Shown here: in pieces, positions 9,259 through 20,268 of the stretch
How positions within the stretch are numbered: the stretch's first letter is position 1
Layout: the number at the start of each line of letters is the position of its first letter
Origin: an uncultured Atopobiaceae bacterium
GTDB taxonomy: Bacteria > Actinomycetota > Coriobacteriia > Coriobacteriales > Atopobiaceae
Direction: 5' to 3'
DNA length: 64,000 nucleotides
Assembly (NCBI GenBank): GCA_944320385.1
Contig: CALUHH010000003.1
Location: 14,638-78,637 of the forward strand
Notes under the pieces: generated by a model
Told to the model about the DNA's origin: nothing
The model's input: the letters and a program-made list of their open reading frames with translations, nothing else
Database searches by the model: none
Program-made: the position numbers and the translations under genes

Positions 9259-10029
9259 ATGACGCCATCGGCCGAGCAGGAGCATGCCGGCGAGTCGCCG
9301 GGGCGCATAGGCGTCTTCGACGTCGCCCGCGGCGCCGCCGTCATCTCGATGGTTCTCTTTCACCTCTGCTATGACCTCGCGTTCATAGGCGGCGTTGACC
9401 TGAGCTGGTTTACCTCTCCCCTGCTGGACGTGTGGCGCTCGAGCATATCCTGGACGTTTCTCTTCGTCGCGGGCTGCATGTGCCCCCTCTCCCGCTCAAA
9501 CCTCAGGAGAGCGCTTCAGTACGGTGGCGTCGCGCTGCTCATTTGGATCGTCACGTCAATCGCCTCGGTCGACGCCGCCATCTCCTTCGGGATCATCTAC
9601 TGCATGGCCGCCTGCACGCTCGTCGCCTGGGCGCTGGGACGCGTTGGCGCGCTCCCGTCGGGCCCCGTCGCTGCCGCCCTTCTGTTTGCGACTTTCCTCG
9701 TTCTTCTCGACCTACGAATAGGCTTGGTGGGCTTCGGCCCCCTCGTGGTCGAGCTGCCCGACGCGCTCTACGCTACCCCCTGGCTCTCCTGGCTGGGATT
9801 TCCCGGACCGGGCTTCACGTCCGGCGACTACTATCCCCTGCTCCCCTATCTCCTCATCTACCTCGCCGGCGCGGCAATGGGGTCCTGGTGGGCATCACGG
9901 GGGTATCCGCGCTGGGCGCGCGCGGCTCGCTGCGCGCCGCTCTCCTGGGTGGGTCGCCATGCGCTCGCCATCTACGTGGCCCACCAGCCCGTGCTCCTGC
10001 TGATCACCTTTGCACTCGCGCGCAGCTGA
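9259..10029 (+). CDS. DUF1624 / heparan-alpha-glucosaminide N-acetyltransferase-domain membrane protein
   Basis: RIGVFDVARG...MVLFHLCYDL start, FGIIYC, DYYPLLP, GRHALAIYVAHQP; multiple TM segments. Confidence 0.8.
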   Translation: MTPSAEQEHAGESPGRIGVFDVARGAAVISMVLFHLCYDLAFIGGVDLSWFTSPLLDVWRSSISWTFLFVAGCMCPLSRSNLRRALQYGGVALLIWIVTSIASVDAAISFGIIYCMAACTLVAWALGRVGALPSGPVAAALLFATFLVLLDLRIGLVGFGPLVVELPDALYATPWLSWLGFPGPGFTSGDYYPLLPYLLIYLAGAAMGSWWASRGYPRWARAARCAPLSWVGRHALAIYVAHQPVLLLITFALARS

Positions 10030-10057
10030 CCGCAGGCCAGACGTTCCAGCCGCCTGC

Positions 10058-10251
10058 TACACAAATCGCCTTTTGTGTATGCGGCGTACACAAATGAGGA
10101 TTTGTGTAGCAGGCAGAAGCGCGCTTGAGCAAAGACTAAGCCCTAAGGTTAATGTCTTTATCGACAAGAACATGCGGCTCCACTGCCCTCCTCGGCCGCG
10201 TACACAAATCGCCTTTTGTGTATGTGGCGTACACAAAAGGCGATTTGTGTG
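10058..10251. repeat. 194-bp MITE/REP-like element (family B, copy 1)
   Basis: 22-bp palindromes TACACAAA-N6-TTTGTGTR at 10058, 10087, 10201 and 10230 (29-bp period within each pair) flank a 92-bp core nearly identical to that at 47725-47816. Confidence 0.9.
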
Positions 10252-10264
10252 GCGCGTGATGGGT

Positions 10265-11552
<1,288 letters not shown>

Positions 11553-11566
<14 letters not shown>

Positions 11567-12497
11567 CGGCAGCCTCCCCCCGCAGCTCGGACACGATCTG
11601 CCGCGCGGCGCCCGCGGCGTCGCAGGCGTCGAGGTCGATCCACCTCACGCGCCCGTCATGGCGAAACCACGAGAGCTGCCGCTTGGCGTAGCGCCGCGAG
11701 CGGAGCTTGACCTGTTCGATCGCCTCGTCCATCGTGCAGAAGCCCGCGAGCGCCTCGAGGACCTCCTTGTAGCCGATGGCCTGGCCGGCCGTGCGCTCGG
11801 TCGTGAGCCCGCGCGCCGCGAGCCCGGAGACCTCCTCGACGAGCCCCGCCGCGACCATCTGGTCCACGCGCTCGTCGATGCGGGCGTACAGGCGCTCGCG
11901 CGCCATCGTGAGCCCCCAGATGCGCGCGTCGTAGTGCGGACGACGCTCGTGGAGGCCCTCGTGGTGGCGGGCGTAGGACACGCCCTCGTCAAGCATCTCA
12001 AGGGCGCGCACGACGCGCCGGACGTTGTTGGGGTGGATGAGCCCCGCGCTCTCGGGGTCGCGGGAGGCGAGAAGGGCGTGGAGCCCCTCGGCCCCGCGCT
12101 CGGCGGCCAGCGCCTCGTAGGACCTCCGGCGCTCGTCGTCCTTCTCTCCCGACGGGAAGGACATCTCGTCGATGACGGCGTTGAGGTAGAGGCCCGTCCC
12201 GCCGGCAAGGACCGGCACCCGGCCCTCGGCGAGCAGCGCGTCGCAGCAGGCGCGCGCCTGGTTCTGGAAGAGCTGGACGGAGTAGCTCTCGAGCGGATCG
12301 GCCACGTCGACCATGAGCAGCGGCGCGCGCCGCTCGGCGACGGGCGTCTTGGCGGTGCCCACGTCCATGCCGCGATACACCTGCATCGCATCGACCGAGA
12401 CCACCGACGAGCCGAGCTCGAGCGCCACGAGCTCCGAGACGGCGCTCTTGCCCGAGGCCGTGGGCCCGACGACGCAGACGACGCGCGGCAGGCTCAT
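11553..12497 (-). CDS. miaA: tRNA dimethylallyltransferase
   Basis: GPTASGKS, DAMQVYRGMDVGTAK, GGTGLY, NNVRRVVRALE, QAIGYKE and YAKRQLSWFR motifs; start MSLPR. Confidence 0.97.
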
Positions 12498-13861
12498 CGA
12501 GGCTCGCCCTCGACGGTGCCGCGCAGGTACCACGTGAGCGCCTCCTCGACGCGCACGTCGACGATCTTGCCGACGAGGTCGTCCGCAGAGGCGCCCTCCG
12601 GCAGCGAGAAGTGCACGGTCTGTTTCTTCTCGCTGTGGCCGACCATGACGGACTCGTCGCGCTTGGACGGGCCCTCCACCAGCACGCTCGCCAGCGTGCC
12701 GAGGTCTGCCTGGTTGGCGTCGTGCGCCTGCTGGGCCACGAGCTCGGCGAGGCGGTCGAAGCGTCCCTGGATGACCTCGTGGGGCGTGTCGTCGGGCATC
12801 TTGGCCGCGGGGGTGCCGGGGCGGCGCGAGTAGATGAACGTGAAGGCCGAGGAGAAGCCGGCCTCGCGCACGAGCGAGAGCGTGTCGAGGAAGTCCTCCT
12901 CGGTCTCCCCCGGAAAGCCCACGATGATGTCGGTGGAGAGGGCAAGGCCTGGCATGGCCGCGCGCAGGCGTCCCACGAGCTCGAGATACTCCTCGCGCGT
13001 GTAGCTGCGGTTCATGGCCTTGAGGACGCGGGTGGAGCCGCTCTGGACGGCGAGATGCAGGTGCGGCATGACCGCGGGCAGCTCGGCCATAGCGGCGATG
13101 GTCTCGTCCGAGAGGTCCTTGGGGTTGGACGAGGTGAAGCGGATGCGCTCCACGCCCGTGGCGGCGACGCGGCGCAGCAGCTCGGCGAAGCGGGGCTCGC
13201 CGTAGATGTTGCGCCCGTAGGAGTTGACGTTCTGGCCGAGCAGCGTGACCTCGCGGACGCCGTCGGCGACGAGGGCCTCGACCTCGGCGACCACGCTCTC
13301 CATCGTGCGGCTCTTCTCGCGTCCGCGGACGTAGGGCACGATGCAGTAGGTGCAGAAGTTGTTGCAGCCGGTCATGATGGGGACCCAGGCGTGGTACGCG
13401 CTCGCACGGCGACTTGGGAGGTCGGTCGAGAAGGACCTGCCCTCCTCGACCGTGTCGACCTCGACGGTGTGGCGGTCGTCGGCGAACGCCTCGTCGAGGA
13501 GGTCGGGAAGGCTCGCCAGCGCGCTCGTGCCGAAGACGACGTCGGCGCAGGGGATGTGCTCGCGGATGCGCTCGCCGTCGCGCTGGGCGATGCAGCCGCC
13601 GATGGCCACGACCCTGCGGCCGGAGGGCGGCGTGGGCGCCGAGACCATCGCCGACGCCTGGCCGTAGAGGCGCTGGTCGGCGTTCTCGCGCACGCAGCAG
13701 GTCATGAAGACGACGATGTCCGCGTCGTCAGGCTCGGGCACGCAGATGCAGCCGCAGGAGTCGAGCAGGCCGGCGACGCGCTCGGAGTCGTGCAGGTTCA
13801 TCTGGCAGCCGAAGGTCTTGACGCAGTAGGTCTTTCCCACGAGGGAGGCGGGGGTGCTCAT
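12494..13861 (-). CDS. miaB: tRNA-2-methylthio-N6-dimethylallyladenosine synthase
   Basis: TFGCQMNLHDSE, TCCVRENA, radical-SAM GCNNFCTYCIVP, C-terminal TRAM domain; adjacent to miaA. Confidence 0.95.
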   Translation of the reverse strand: MSTPASLVGKTYCVKTFGCQMNLHDSERVAGLLDSCGCICVPEPDDADIVVFMTCCVRENADQRLYGQASAMVSAPTPPSGRRVVAIGGCIAQRDGERIREHIPCADVVFGTSALASLPDLLDEAFADDRHTVEVDTVEEGRSFSTDLPSRRASAYHAWVPIMTGCNNFCTYCIVPYVRGREKSRTMESVVAEVEALVADGVREVTLLGQNVNSYGRNIYGEPRFAELLRRVAATGVERIRFTSSNPKDLSDETIAAMAELPAVMPHLHLAVQSGSTRVLKAMNRSYTREEYLELVGRLRAAMPGLALSTDIIVGFPGETEEDFLDTLSLVREAGFSSAFTFIYSRRPGTPAAKMPDDTPHEVIQGRFDRLAELVAQQAHDANQADLGTLASVLVEGPSKRDESVMVGHSEKKQTVHFSLPEGASADDLVGKIVDVRVEEALTWYLRGTVEGEPR

Positions 13862-14166
13862 GAGGGCATCAGCTCCGGGGAGTCGACGGCGGTGGGGGCG
13901 GTGAGGCGGTGGACGTAGACGGCGATGCGGATGGCCGTGCGGCTCTCCCCGCCGATCTCTATGTCGGAGAAGGTGGGCGCGCAGGAGATGTCCACGCCCG
14001 TGGGGATCAAGAACCCGCGCGCGATCGCGATGGCCTTGATGGCCTGGTTGACGGCGCCCGCGCCGACGCACTGGATGTTGACGGGAACCTCGTCCTTGAC
14101 GAGTCCCGCGATGGCGCCGGCGACCGAGGCCGGCGACGACTTGCTCGACACCTTCAGATAGTCCAT
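13858..14166 (-). CDS. spoVS: SpoVS family protein
   Basis: LKVSSKSSPASVAGAIAG...VGAGAVNQAIKAIAIARGF matches the SpoVS family pattern; usual position downstream of rny. Confidence 0.9.
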   Translation of the reverse strand: MDYLKVSSKSSPASVAGAIAGLVKDEVPVNIQCVGAGAVNQAIKAIAIARGFLIPTGVDISCAPTFSDIEIGGESRTAIRIAVYVHRLTAPTAVDSPELMPS

Positions 14167-14272
14167 GTCATCGTTCTCCTGCTGCGTGGCTCGTGCGAGC
14201 TGCTGTGTCTGTGGTTCGTTTTCCTGAAGATTCTACTGGTTGGGGGCGACAAAGAGAAGCGCGGCGACCGCG

Positions 14273-15358
14273 CTAGTCCCGCTCCTCGAGGTCAAAGGTG
14301 ACGGTAATCCTCCCCCGCCCGACCCTGACCTTGGGATCGGACGAGAGCGTGAGGTAGTAGCGCTCGGCGAGAAGGTCGAAGTCGCGCTCGAGCGCGCGCG
14401 AGAACTCCTCGAGGTCACCGGGGGCCACCCTGAGGCCGCGTCGGTCGCGCGCGAGGTCGACCTCGCGGGGCTCGCGGCGCGGGGCGGCGCCGTGCGTGAG
14501 GCGCGCGACGACGCTCCTGAGCGGGCGAATCTGGCCCGAGACGATGCGATGCGCCGTGCGCTCGGACATCTCGAGCCCGAGCGCGCACGCCTGGGAGCGC
14601 AGCTCGGCCGCGTCGGCGGCCGCGCGCAGGCGCTCGAGCACGGGAAGGGAGTCGAGAGAGTCGAGGAAGAGCAGGTCCGCGGAGTCAACGGTCACCGCCG
14701 CGCGAGCGCGGGCGGTGGCGGCGATCTCGGCCGGGGACCCCACGAAGACCTCGCACGAGGAGCGTTCCTCGAGAGCGAACTCGCAGCAGGTGCGCACGAT
14801 GTTGTGGGGCCCGCGCACGCAGGCGAGCACGCCGTCCTCCCCCGCCTCGGCGACCGGCCAGCTCGACTGGTCGGCGCGCTCGGGAAGCCTCGTCGCGTCG
14901 GTGACGACGCGGATGGCCGCGCCCGCGCCCGGGGCGGAGGAGACGACCTCGGCGCTCACGGCGTTCTCGCGGATGGAGAAGAGCGCCATGCCGCGCCCGT
15001 GGACGCCCCAGCGGTCCATGTGGACGCTGTCGAGCTTGGAGGTCACGCGCGCCTCGAAGACGAGGTCGTGCATGCTGGCGGGGATGCCGGATCCGTCGTC
15101 GAGCACCGTGGTGGTGCGCAGGCTCCCCTCGCGGCTCGTGGCCACGTAGATGTGGCGCGCCCCGGCGTCGCGCGCGTTGCGGAGCATCTCGATGACGGCG
15201 TCCTCGACGCAGCGGACGTCGTGCTTGGCCTGGCGGCGCTCCGCCTCGGCGACGCGGAGGCGGACGTAGCCCCCGCCGAGGCTCTCCTCGACGCGCAGCG
15301 CGCGCTCGCCCCCCATCGAGGCGACGAAGCCGAGAAGATCCTCAGCGGAGCCAGCCAT
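14273..15358 (-). CDS. GHKL (HATPase_c, MutL/Hsp90-type) ATPase of unknown function with possible C-terminal HTH
   Basis: Bergerat-fold motifs EMLRNARDAG, LDDGSGIP, VTSK and GVHGRGMALFSI; no His-phosphotransfer or TM sensor region seen. Confidence 0.75.
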   Translation of the reverse strand: MAGSAEDLLGFVASMGGERALRVEESLGGGYVRLRVAEAERRQAKHDVRCVEDAVIEMLRNARDAGARHIYVATSREGSLRTTTVLDDGSGIPASMHDLVFEARVTSKLDSVHMDRWGVHGRGMALFSIRENAVSAEVVSSAPGAGAAIRVVTDATRLPERADQSSWPVAEAGEDGVLACVRGPHNIVRTCCEFALEERSSCEVFVGSPAEIAATARARAAVTVDSADLLFLDSLDSLPVLERLRAAADAAELRSQACALGLEMSERTAHRIVSGQIRPLRSVVARLTHGAAPRREPREVDLARDRRGLRVAPGDLEEFSRALERDFDLLAERYYLTLSSDPKVRVGRGRITVTFDLEERD

Positions 15359-15369
15359 GCGCGCTCCCG

Positions 15370-16923
15370 CTACTTCGCCACGTCGACGGCGCGGGACTCG
15401 CGGATGACGACGACGCGCACCTGGCCGGGGTACTCCATCTCGTCCTCGATCTGCTTGGCGATGTCGTGCGCGAGGACCGTGGCCTGAGCGTCGGAGATCT
15501 TCTCGGGCTCGACCATGACGTGGAGCTCGCGGCCCGCCTGCATGGCGTAGGTGCGCTCGACGCCGTCGTGGGCGTTGGAGATCTCCTCGAGCTTCTCGAG
15601 GCGCTTGATGTAGTTCTCTGCGGACTCGCGACGGGCACCGGGACGCGCGGCCGAGATGGCGTCGGCGGCCTGGACCAGAACGTCGAGGACGGTGTCGGGG
15701 TCGACGTCGGCGTGGTGCGCCTCGATCGCGTGGACGATCTCGGGGCGCTCGCCGTAGCGGCGGGCGAGGTCGGCGCCGATCACGGCGTGCGGTCCCTCGA
15801 CCTCGTGGTCGATGGCCTTGCCGATGTCGTGAAGGAGGCCGGCGCGCTTGGCCGGGGCCTCGTCGAGGCCCAGCTCGGAGGCCATGATGCCGCAGAGCGC
15901 GGACACCTGGACGGAGTGCGAGAGCACGTTCTGACCGAAGGAGGTGCGATAGCGCAGGGCACCGAGGGTCTTGACGAGCTCGGGGTGCAGGTCGTGGATG
16001 CCGGCATCGAAGGCCGCCTGCTCGCCGGCCTCGCGGACGCGCTCGGCGACGAGGGCCTCCGCCTTCTTGTAGAGCTCCTCGATGCGAGCGGGGTGGATGC
16101 GGCCGTCGGCGATCAGGTTCTCGAGCGCGACGCGCGCGGTCTCGCGGCGGACGGGGTCGAAGCTCGAGAGCACGACGGTCTCGGGGGTGTCGTCGATGAC
16201 GAGGGAGACGCCGGACACCTGCTCGAAGGTGCGGATGTTGCGGCCCTCGCGGCCGATGATGCGACCCTTGAGGTCGTCGGAGGGGATGTGGACGGAGGTG
16301 ACGGTGATCTCGCCGGCCTGGTCGGCGGCGCAGCGCTGGATGGCGGTGGAGATGATCTCGCGGGCGGTCTTGTCGGCCTGGGCGCGGACGGACTGCTCGG
16401 CCTCGCGCAGGATCTGGGCCTCCTCGCGGACGGACTCGGCGCGCACGCGGGCGAGCAGCTCGTCGTGGGCCTCGTCCGCCGAGAGCCCGGCGATGCGCTC
16501 GAGCTCGGTCGACTGGCGCGCGACCATCTCTTCGAGGTCGGCCTTGCGACGGTCGAGCTGGCCCTGGAGGCTGGAGAGCTGATGCTCGCGACGGTCGAGG
16601 GCGTCGTTTCTGTGGTCGAGGGACTCCTCGCGCTGCATGATGCGGTTCTCGAGGGTCTGGAGCTCGCCCTTGCGCTTCTTCTCCTCGGCCTCGGAGGCCT
16701 GCTTGAGGGCGAGGATCTCCTCCTTGGCCTCGAGGACGGCCTCCTTCTTGGCGTTCTCCGCCTGGCGGGCGGCCTCGGAGGTGATGCGCTGCGCCTCGCC
16801 ACTGGCGGCGGCGAGCTGGGCCTCGGCGTCCTTGAGCTTGGAGTCGCTCTGCCCGGCTAGGACGAAGTAGACGATGGCGGCGCCGACCAAGAGGCCGACC
16901 ACCCCTGCGATGACAAATTCCAT
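15370..16923 (-). CDS. rny: Ribonuclease Y
   Basis: N-terminal TM, coiled coil, KH motif KGRIIGREGRNIR, HD domain LLHDIGKA, AYAMQAGRE-like TYAMQAGRE. Confidence 0.97.
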   Translation of the reverse strand: MEFVIAGVVGLLVGAAIVYFVLAGQSDSKLKDAEAQLAAASGEAQRITSEAARQAENAKKEAVLEAKEEILALKQASEAEEKKRKGELQTLENRIMQREESLDHRNDALDRREHQLSSLQGQLDRRKADLEEMVARQSTELERIAGLSADEAHDELLARVRAESVREEAQILREAEQSVRAQADKTAREIISTAIQRCAADQAGEITVTSVHIPSDDLKGRIIGREGRNIRTFEQVSGVSLVIDDTPETVVLSSFDPVRRETARVALENLIADGRIHPARIEELYKKAEALVAERVREAGEQAAFDAGIHDLHPELVKTLGALRYRTSFGQNVLSHSVQVSALCGIMASELGLDEAPAKRAGLLHDIGKAIDHEVEGPHAVIGADLARRYGERPEIVHAIEAHHADVDPDTVLDVLVQAADAISAARPGARRESAENYIKRLEKLEEISNAHDGVERTYAMQAGRELHVMVEPEKISDAQATVLAHDIAKQIEDEMEYPGQVRVVVIRESRAVDVAK

Positions 16924-16929
16924 GGCTGC

Positions 16930-17115
16930 TCCTCTAAGTGTTTCGTGCGTGTTCAGCGTGGTTCTGGAGACCATGGCGTAGGCGCCATGGAACCCGCCAT
17001 CGGAGGTGCAGTCCTGGCGCCTTCGTAGAAAACGTTCCTATGCAACAGCTAGCGTGACGATTCCGACAATATGGTCATCAGCTGGCCAACCAGCGTGAGA
17101 ATGCGCTCCAATAGC
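16930..17115 (-). ncRNA. Candidate structured RNA (6S/SsrS-like) or long rny leader
   Basis: Promoter TTGACA(17151-17146)-18 nt-TACGAT(17127-17122) gives a ~185-nt non-coding stretch before the rny RBS. It contains GCACCTCCGATGGCGGGTTC inside an AGGCGCCA/TGGCGCCT stem, with partial 5'-3' complementarity. Not folded or searched. Confidence 0.45.
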
Positions 17116-17171
17116 CCTCATATCGTAGTCTGTGGGGGCGCCTTATGTCAAATGCGCCTGAGGTAGACCGT

Positions 17172-17828
17172 CTAGGAGCGGTCCTGCGCGACCTCGCGCG
17201 CCACGTCGAGGGCGACCGACCGCGAGAAGCCCCTGCCGTAGAGGAAGCGGGCGATCTTCTCGTAGTCGTTTCTACCCGTGAGGCGCCGGCGGGCGGCGAG
17301 CGCGCGGGCACGCTCGAGCTCGTCGCCGGGGTCGAAGAACTCCTCGGGCCAGCCCTCGAGCTCATCGACGCTCACGCCGCGGCGGGCGAGCTCGCGCTCG
17401 ACCTTGAGCCTGCCCCATCCCGCGAGCGCCTTGGCGCGCGCGAACGCGGCCCCGTAGCGCGCGTCGTCGACCAGCCCGCACGAGCGCGCCCACGAAACCG
17501 CGCGCTCGGCGGCGCCCGCCCCGTAGCCCTCGTCAGCGAGCTTGGCCGAGACCTCGAGCGCGGTGTAGTCGCGCCGCCCCAGCAGCTCGGCTATGCGCGC
17601 ACGCGCGCACGCAAGCGCCGTCTCGTCAACGAGGGCGAGGAGCTCGGGGCGCGTGAGCGGGAGGCCGTCGCCCCGGGCGGCGAGCCTCTTGCCCACCGCG
17701 ACGGGGACGCTCACGGCCTCCTCCCCGCCCGAGGCCAGGGGGCGGCGCAGGGTCGCCCGGCGCGTACGCGCGTGCCCGGAGGCACGCTCGGGGAGCCGGA
17801 CCTCCCAGGCCGCGATCTCCTCGCTCAC
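17172..17828 (-). CDS. recX: Regulatory protein RecX
   Basis: Overlaps recA stop; [41 protein letters not shown] and [11 protein letters not shown] motifs. Confidence 0.92.
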   Translation of the reverse strand: MSEEIAAWEVRLPERASGHARTRRATLRRPLASGGEEAVSVPVAVGKRLAARGDGLPLTRPELLALVDETALACARARIAELLGRRDYTALEVSAKLADEGYGAGAAERAVSWARSCGLVDDARYGAAFARAKALAGWGRLKVERELARRGVSVDELEGWPEEFFDPGDELERARALAARRRLTGRNDYEKIARFLYGRGFSRSVALDVAREVAQDRS

Positions 17829-18928
17829 TGGTCGAGGGAGGGCAGGTCGACGTCAGCCACGTCGACGACCTCGCCGACGCGCTCGTCGCCCAGCTCGAGG
17901 CCGCACGCGACGCGCACGCGGTGGTCGATCTCGTCCATGAGGTCGGGGTTGGAGGAGAGGAACTCCTTGGCGGCCTCGCGGCCCTGGCCGAGGCGCTCCT
18001 TCTCGTAGGTGAACCACGCGCCGGACTTGCTCACGATGCCGTAGTCGACCGCCATGTCGAGGATCGAGCCCTCCTTGGAGATGCCCTGCCCGTACATGAT
18101 GTCGAACTCGGCCTGCTTGAAGGGCGGGGCCACCTTGTTCTTGACCACCTTGACGCGGACGCGGTTGCCCACGACGTCGCCGCCGACCTTGATGGAGTCG
18201 ATGCGACGGATGTCCATGCGCACGGACGAGAAGAACTTGAGGGCGCGGCCGCCCGGCGTGGTCTCGGGATTGCCGAACATGACGCCGATCTTCTCGCGCA
18301 GCTGGTTGATAAAGATGCAGGTGGTGTTGGACTTGGAGAGCGAGCCGGCGAGCTTGCGCAGGGCCTGGCTCATGAGGCGCGCCTGCAGGCCGACGGTGGA
18401 GTCGCCGATCTCACCCTCGATCTCGGCGCGCGGGGTGAGCGCGGCCACCGAGTCAACCACGACGACGTCGATGGCGCCGGAGCGCACGAGCATGTCGCAG
18501 ATCTCGAGCGCCTGCTCGCCGGTGTCCGGCTGGGAGATGAGGACCTCGTCGATGTCCACGCCGATGCGGGCCGCATAGCCCGGGTCGAGGGCGTGCTCGG
18601 CGTCGATGAAGGCGACGACGCCGCCCATGGCCTGCGCCTCGGCCAAGATCTCAAGCGAGAGCGTGGTCTTGCCCGAGGACTCGGGGCCGTAGATCTCCAC
18701 GATGCGGCCGCGCGGGACGCCGCCGATGCCCAGTGCCGCGTCCAGGGCGATCGAGCCGGTGGGAATGGCCTCCACCTCGAGGCTCGGGCCGTCGTCGCCG
18801 AAGCGCATGATGGCCCCCTTGCCAAACTTCTTCTCGATCTCCTCGGTGGTGGCGGCGAGGACCTTGTCGCGCTCCTCGCCGGTGGTGCGCGGGTGAATCT
18901 CCTTGATGGTGCCCTTGGTCTTGGCCAT
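17825..18928 (-). CDS. recA: Recombinase RecA
   Basis: [41 protein letters not shown] and [12 protein letters not shown] motifs; start MAKTKG. Confidence 0.99.
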   Translation of the reverse strand: MAKTKGTIKEIHPRTTGEERDKVLAATTEEIEKKFGKGAIMRFGDDGPSLEVEAIPTGSIALDAALGIGGVPRGRIVEIYGPESSGKTTLSLEILAEAQAMGGVVAFIDAEHALDPGYAARIGVDIDEVLISQPDTGEQALEICDMLVRSGAIDVVVVDSVAALTPRAEIEGEIGDSTVGLQARLMSQALRKLAGSLSKSNTTCIFINQLREKIGVMFGNPETTPGGRALKFFSSVRMDIRRIDSIKVGGDVVGNRVRVKVVKNKVAPPFKQAEFDIMYGQGISKEGSILDMAVDYGIVSKSGAWFTYEKERLGQGREAAKEFLSSNPDLMDEIDHRVRVACGLELGDERVGEVVDVADVDLPSLDQ

Positions 18929-18963
18929 GCTCTCTCCCTTGCCAGCGTTCCTTCGCCGTGATG

Positions 18964-18994
18964 GTACCCCGAACACTCGTTCTGAGTCAAGCGT
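18964..18994 (-). promoter_or_regulatory. recA promoter with LexA box in the spacer
   Basis: Minus strand reads TTGACT-CAGAACGAGTGTTCGGGG-TACCAT; AGAAC-GAGT-GTTCG (18970-18983) fits GAAC-N4-GTTC. Confidence 0.8.
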
Positions 18995-19134
18995 CACGAC
19001 ACGAGGGTAGCAGGGGCGCCTTTCGGGGAGCTGCCGATTGGCGTTCGCGCGGCTCGCACGGAGCTGCGCGGAAGCTTCAGGTGACGGCTCCGCCCCCACG
19101 TCAGCCGCGGGCGCGCGAAGCGACCGACAAAGCG

Positions 19135-19671
19135 TCAGCGGTCGGCGATGGCAGAACTCTCCACAACACCTTCACGAAGGAGGGCCACGGCGCGCTCTGC
19201 GGCGGCGCGGCGCACCGCCGCGCGGTCCCCGTCGAGGGCCAGAAGCACGCTGCGCTCCCCCGCCGGGGTGGAGAGGCCCAGCCACACCGTCCCCACGGGC
19301 TTGCCGGGCTCCTCCCCTCCCGGGCCGGCGATGCCGGTCACCGAGACCGCCACGTCGCAGCCCAGGACAAAGCGGGCGCCGCGCGCCATCTGCTCGGCGC
19401 ACTCCGCCGAGACCGCGCCGAGGGAGGCGTCGTCGAACACGGCGTCGGCCACGCCCAGCACCGCGCGCTTGACGTCGATCGCATAGCTCACCACGCCGCC
19501 GCGCACCACGTCGGACGAGCCGGGCACGGCCGTGAGGCAGGCGCTCACCAGGCCGCCGGTGCAGGACTCGGCGGTGCCGAGCGTGAGGCCCCGCACACGG
19601 GCCGCCTCGAGCAGCTCGGCGCAGGCGTCATAGAGCTCGGACCCACCCGAGAAGATCTCGCTCTGTGCCAC
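19135..19671 (-). CDS. CinA C-terminal domain protein (nicotinamide-nucleotide amidohydrolase PncC family)
   Basis: [49 protein letters not shown] and GTVW motifs; GTG start inferred. Confidence 0.92.
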   Translation of the reverse strand: MAQSEIFSGGSELYDACAELLEAARVRGLTLGTAESCTGGLVSACLTAVPGSSDVVRGGVVSYAIDVKRAVLGVADAVFDDASLGAVSAECAEQMARGARFVLGCDVAVSVTGIAGPGGEEPGKPVGTVWLGLSTPAGERSVLLALDGDRAAVRRAAAERAVALLREGVVESSAIADR

Positions 19672-19673
19672 GG

Positions 19674-20267
19674 CTACCTCCCAAAGACGACGTGGCGGGC
19701 GTTCCAGAAGTACTGCACGCCGGAGACCACGGTGAGCACCACGGCGGCGATCATGAGCGCCCAGGAGACGAATCCTATCTGGGTCCCAAAGTCGACGAGG
19801 CCGACCGCGCGCAGCGCGAAGGCGAGGTAGTAGCCGCACAGCGACACCATCGTGACCGCGGTCTTGGCCTTGCCGAGGCTGTCGGCGGCGATGACCTCGC
19901 CGGACGAGGCCGCGACCATGCGCAGCGCGCTCACGAGGAACTCGCGCACGAGGATCACGAAGACGACCCACACGGCGACCTCGCCGCGGTCGAGCAGCAT
20001 GAGCAGGGCCGAGAAGACCAGGAGCTTGTCGGCGATGGGGTCGAGGAACTTGCCGAAGTCGGTGATCTCGTTTCGGGAGCGGGCGAGGTAGCCGTCGACC
20101 TTGTCCGTGAGGGAGAGGGTCACGTAGATGACGAAGGCCGCCACGGAAAGCGGCGCGCTCACAGGCCCGTCGGCGAGCGCCGCCACGACCATGAAGACCG
20201 GGATGAACGCGATTCTCACGCAGGTCACGATGTTTGCAGGGGTCCAGACGCTCTTCTCGCCCGCCAT
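19674..20267 (-). CDS. pgsA: CDP-diacylglycerol--glycerol-3-phosphate 3-phosphatidyltransferase
   Basis: TPANIVTCVR, TDKVDGYLARSRNEITDFGKFLDPIADK CDP-alcohol phosphotransferase motif. Confidence 0.95.
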   Translation of the reverse strand: MAGEKSVWTPANIVTCVRIAFIPVFMVVAALADGPVSAPLSVAAFVIYVTLSLTDKVDGYLARSRNEITDFGKFLDPIADKLLVFSALLMLLDRGEVAVWVVFVILVREFLVSALRMVAASSGEVIAADSLGKAKTAVTMVSLCGYYLAFALRAVGLVDFGTQIGFVSWALMIAAVVLTVVSGVQYFWNARHVVFGR

Positions 20268-20268
20268 G

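Noticed and set aside
13858-14166. spoVS as evidence of sporulation
   Set aside because: SpoVS homologues are common in non-sporulating bacteria, and no other sporulation genes are present.
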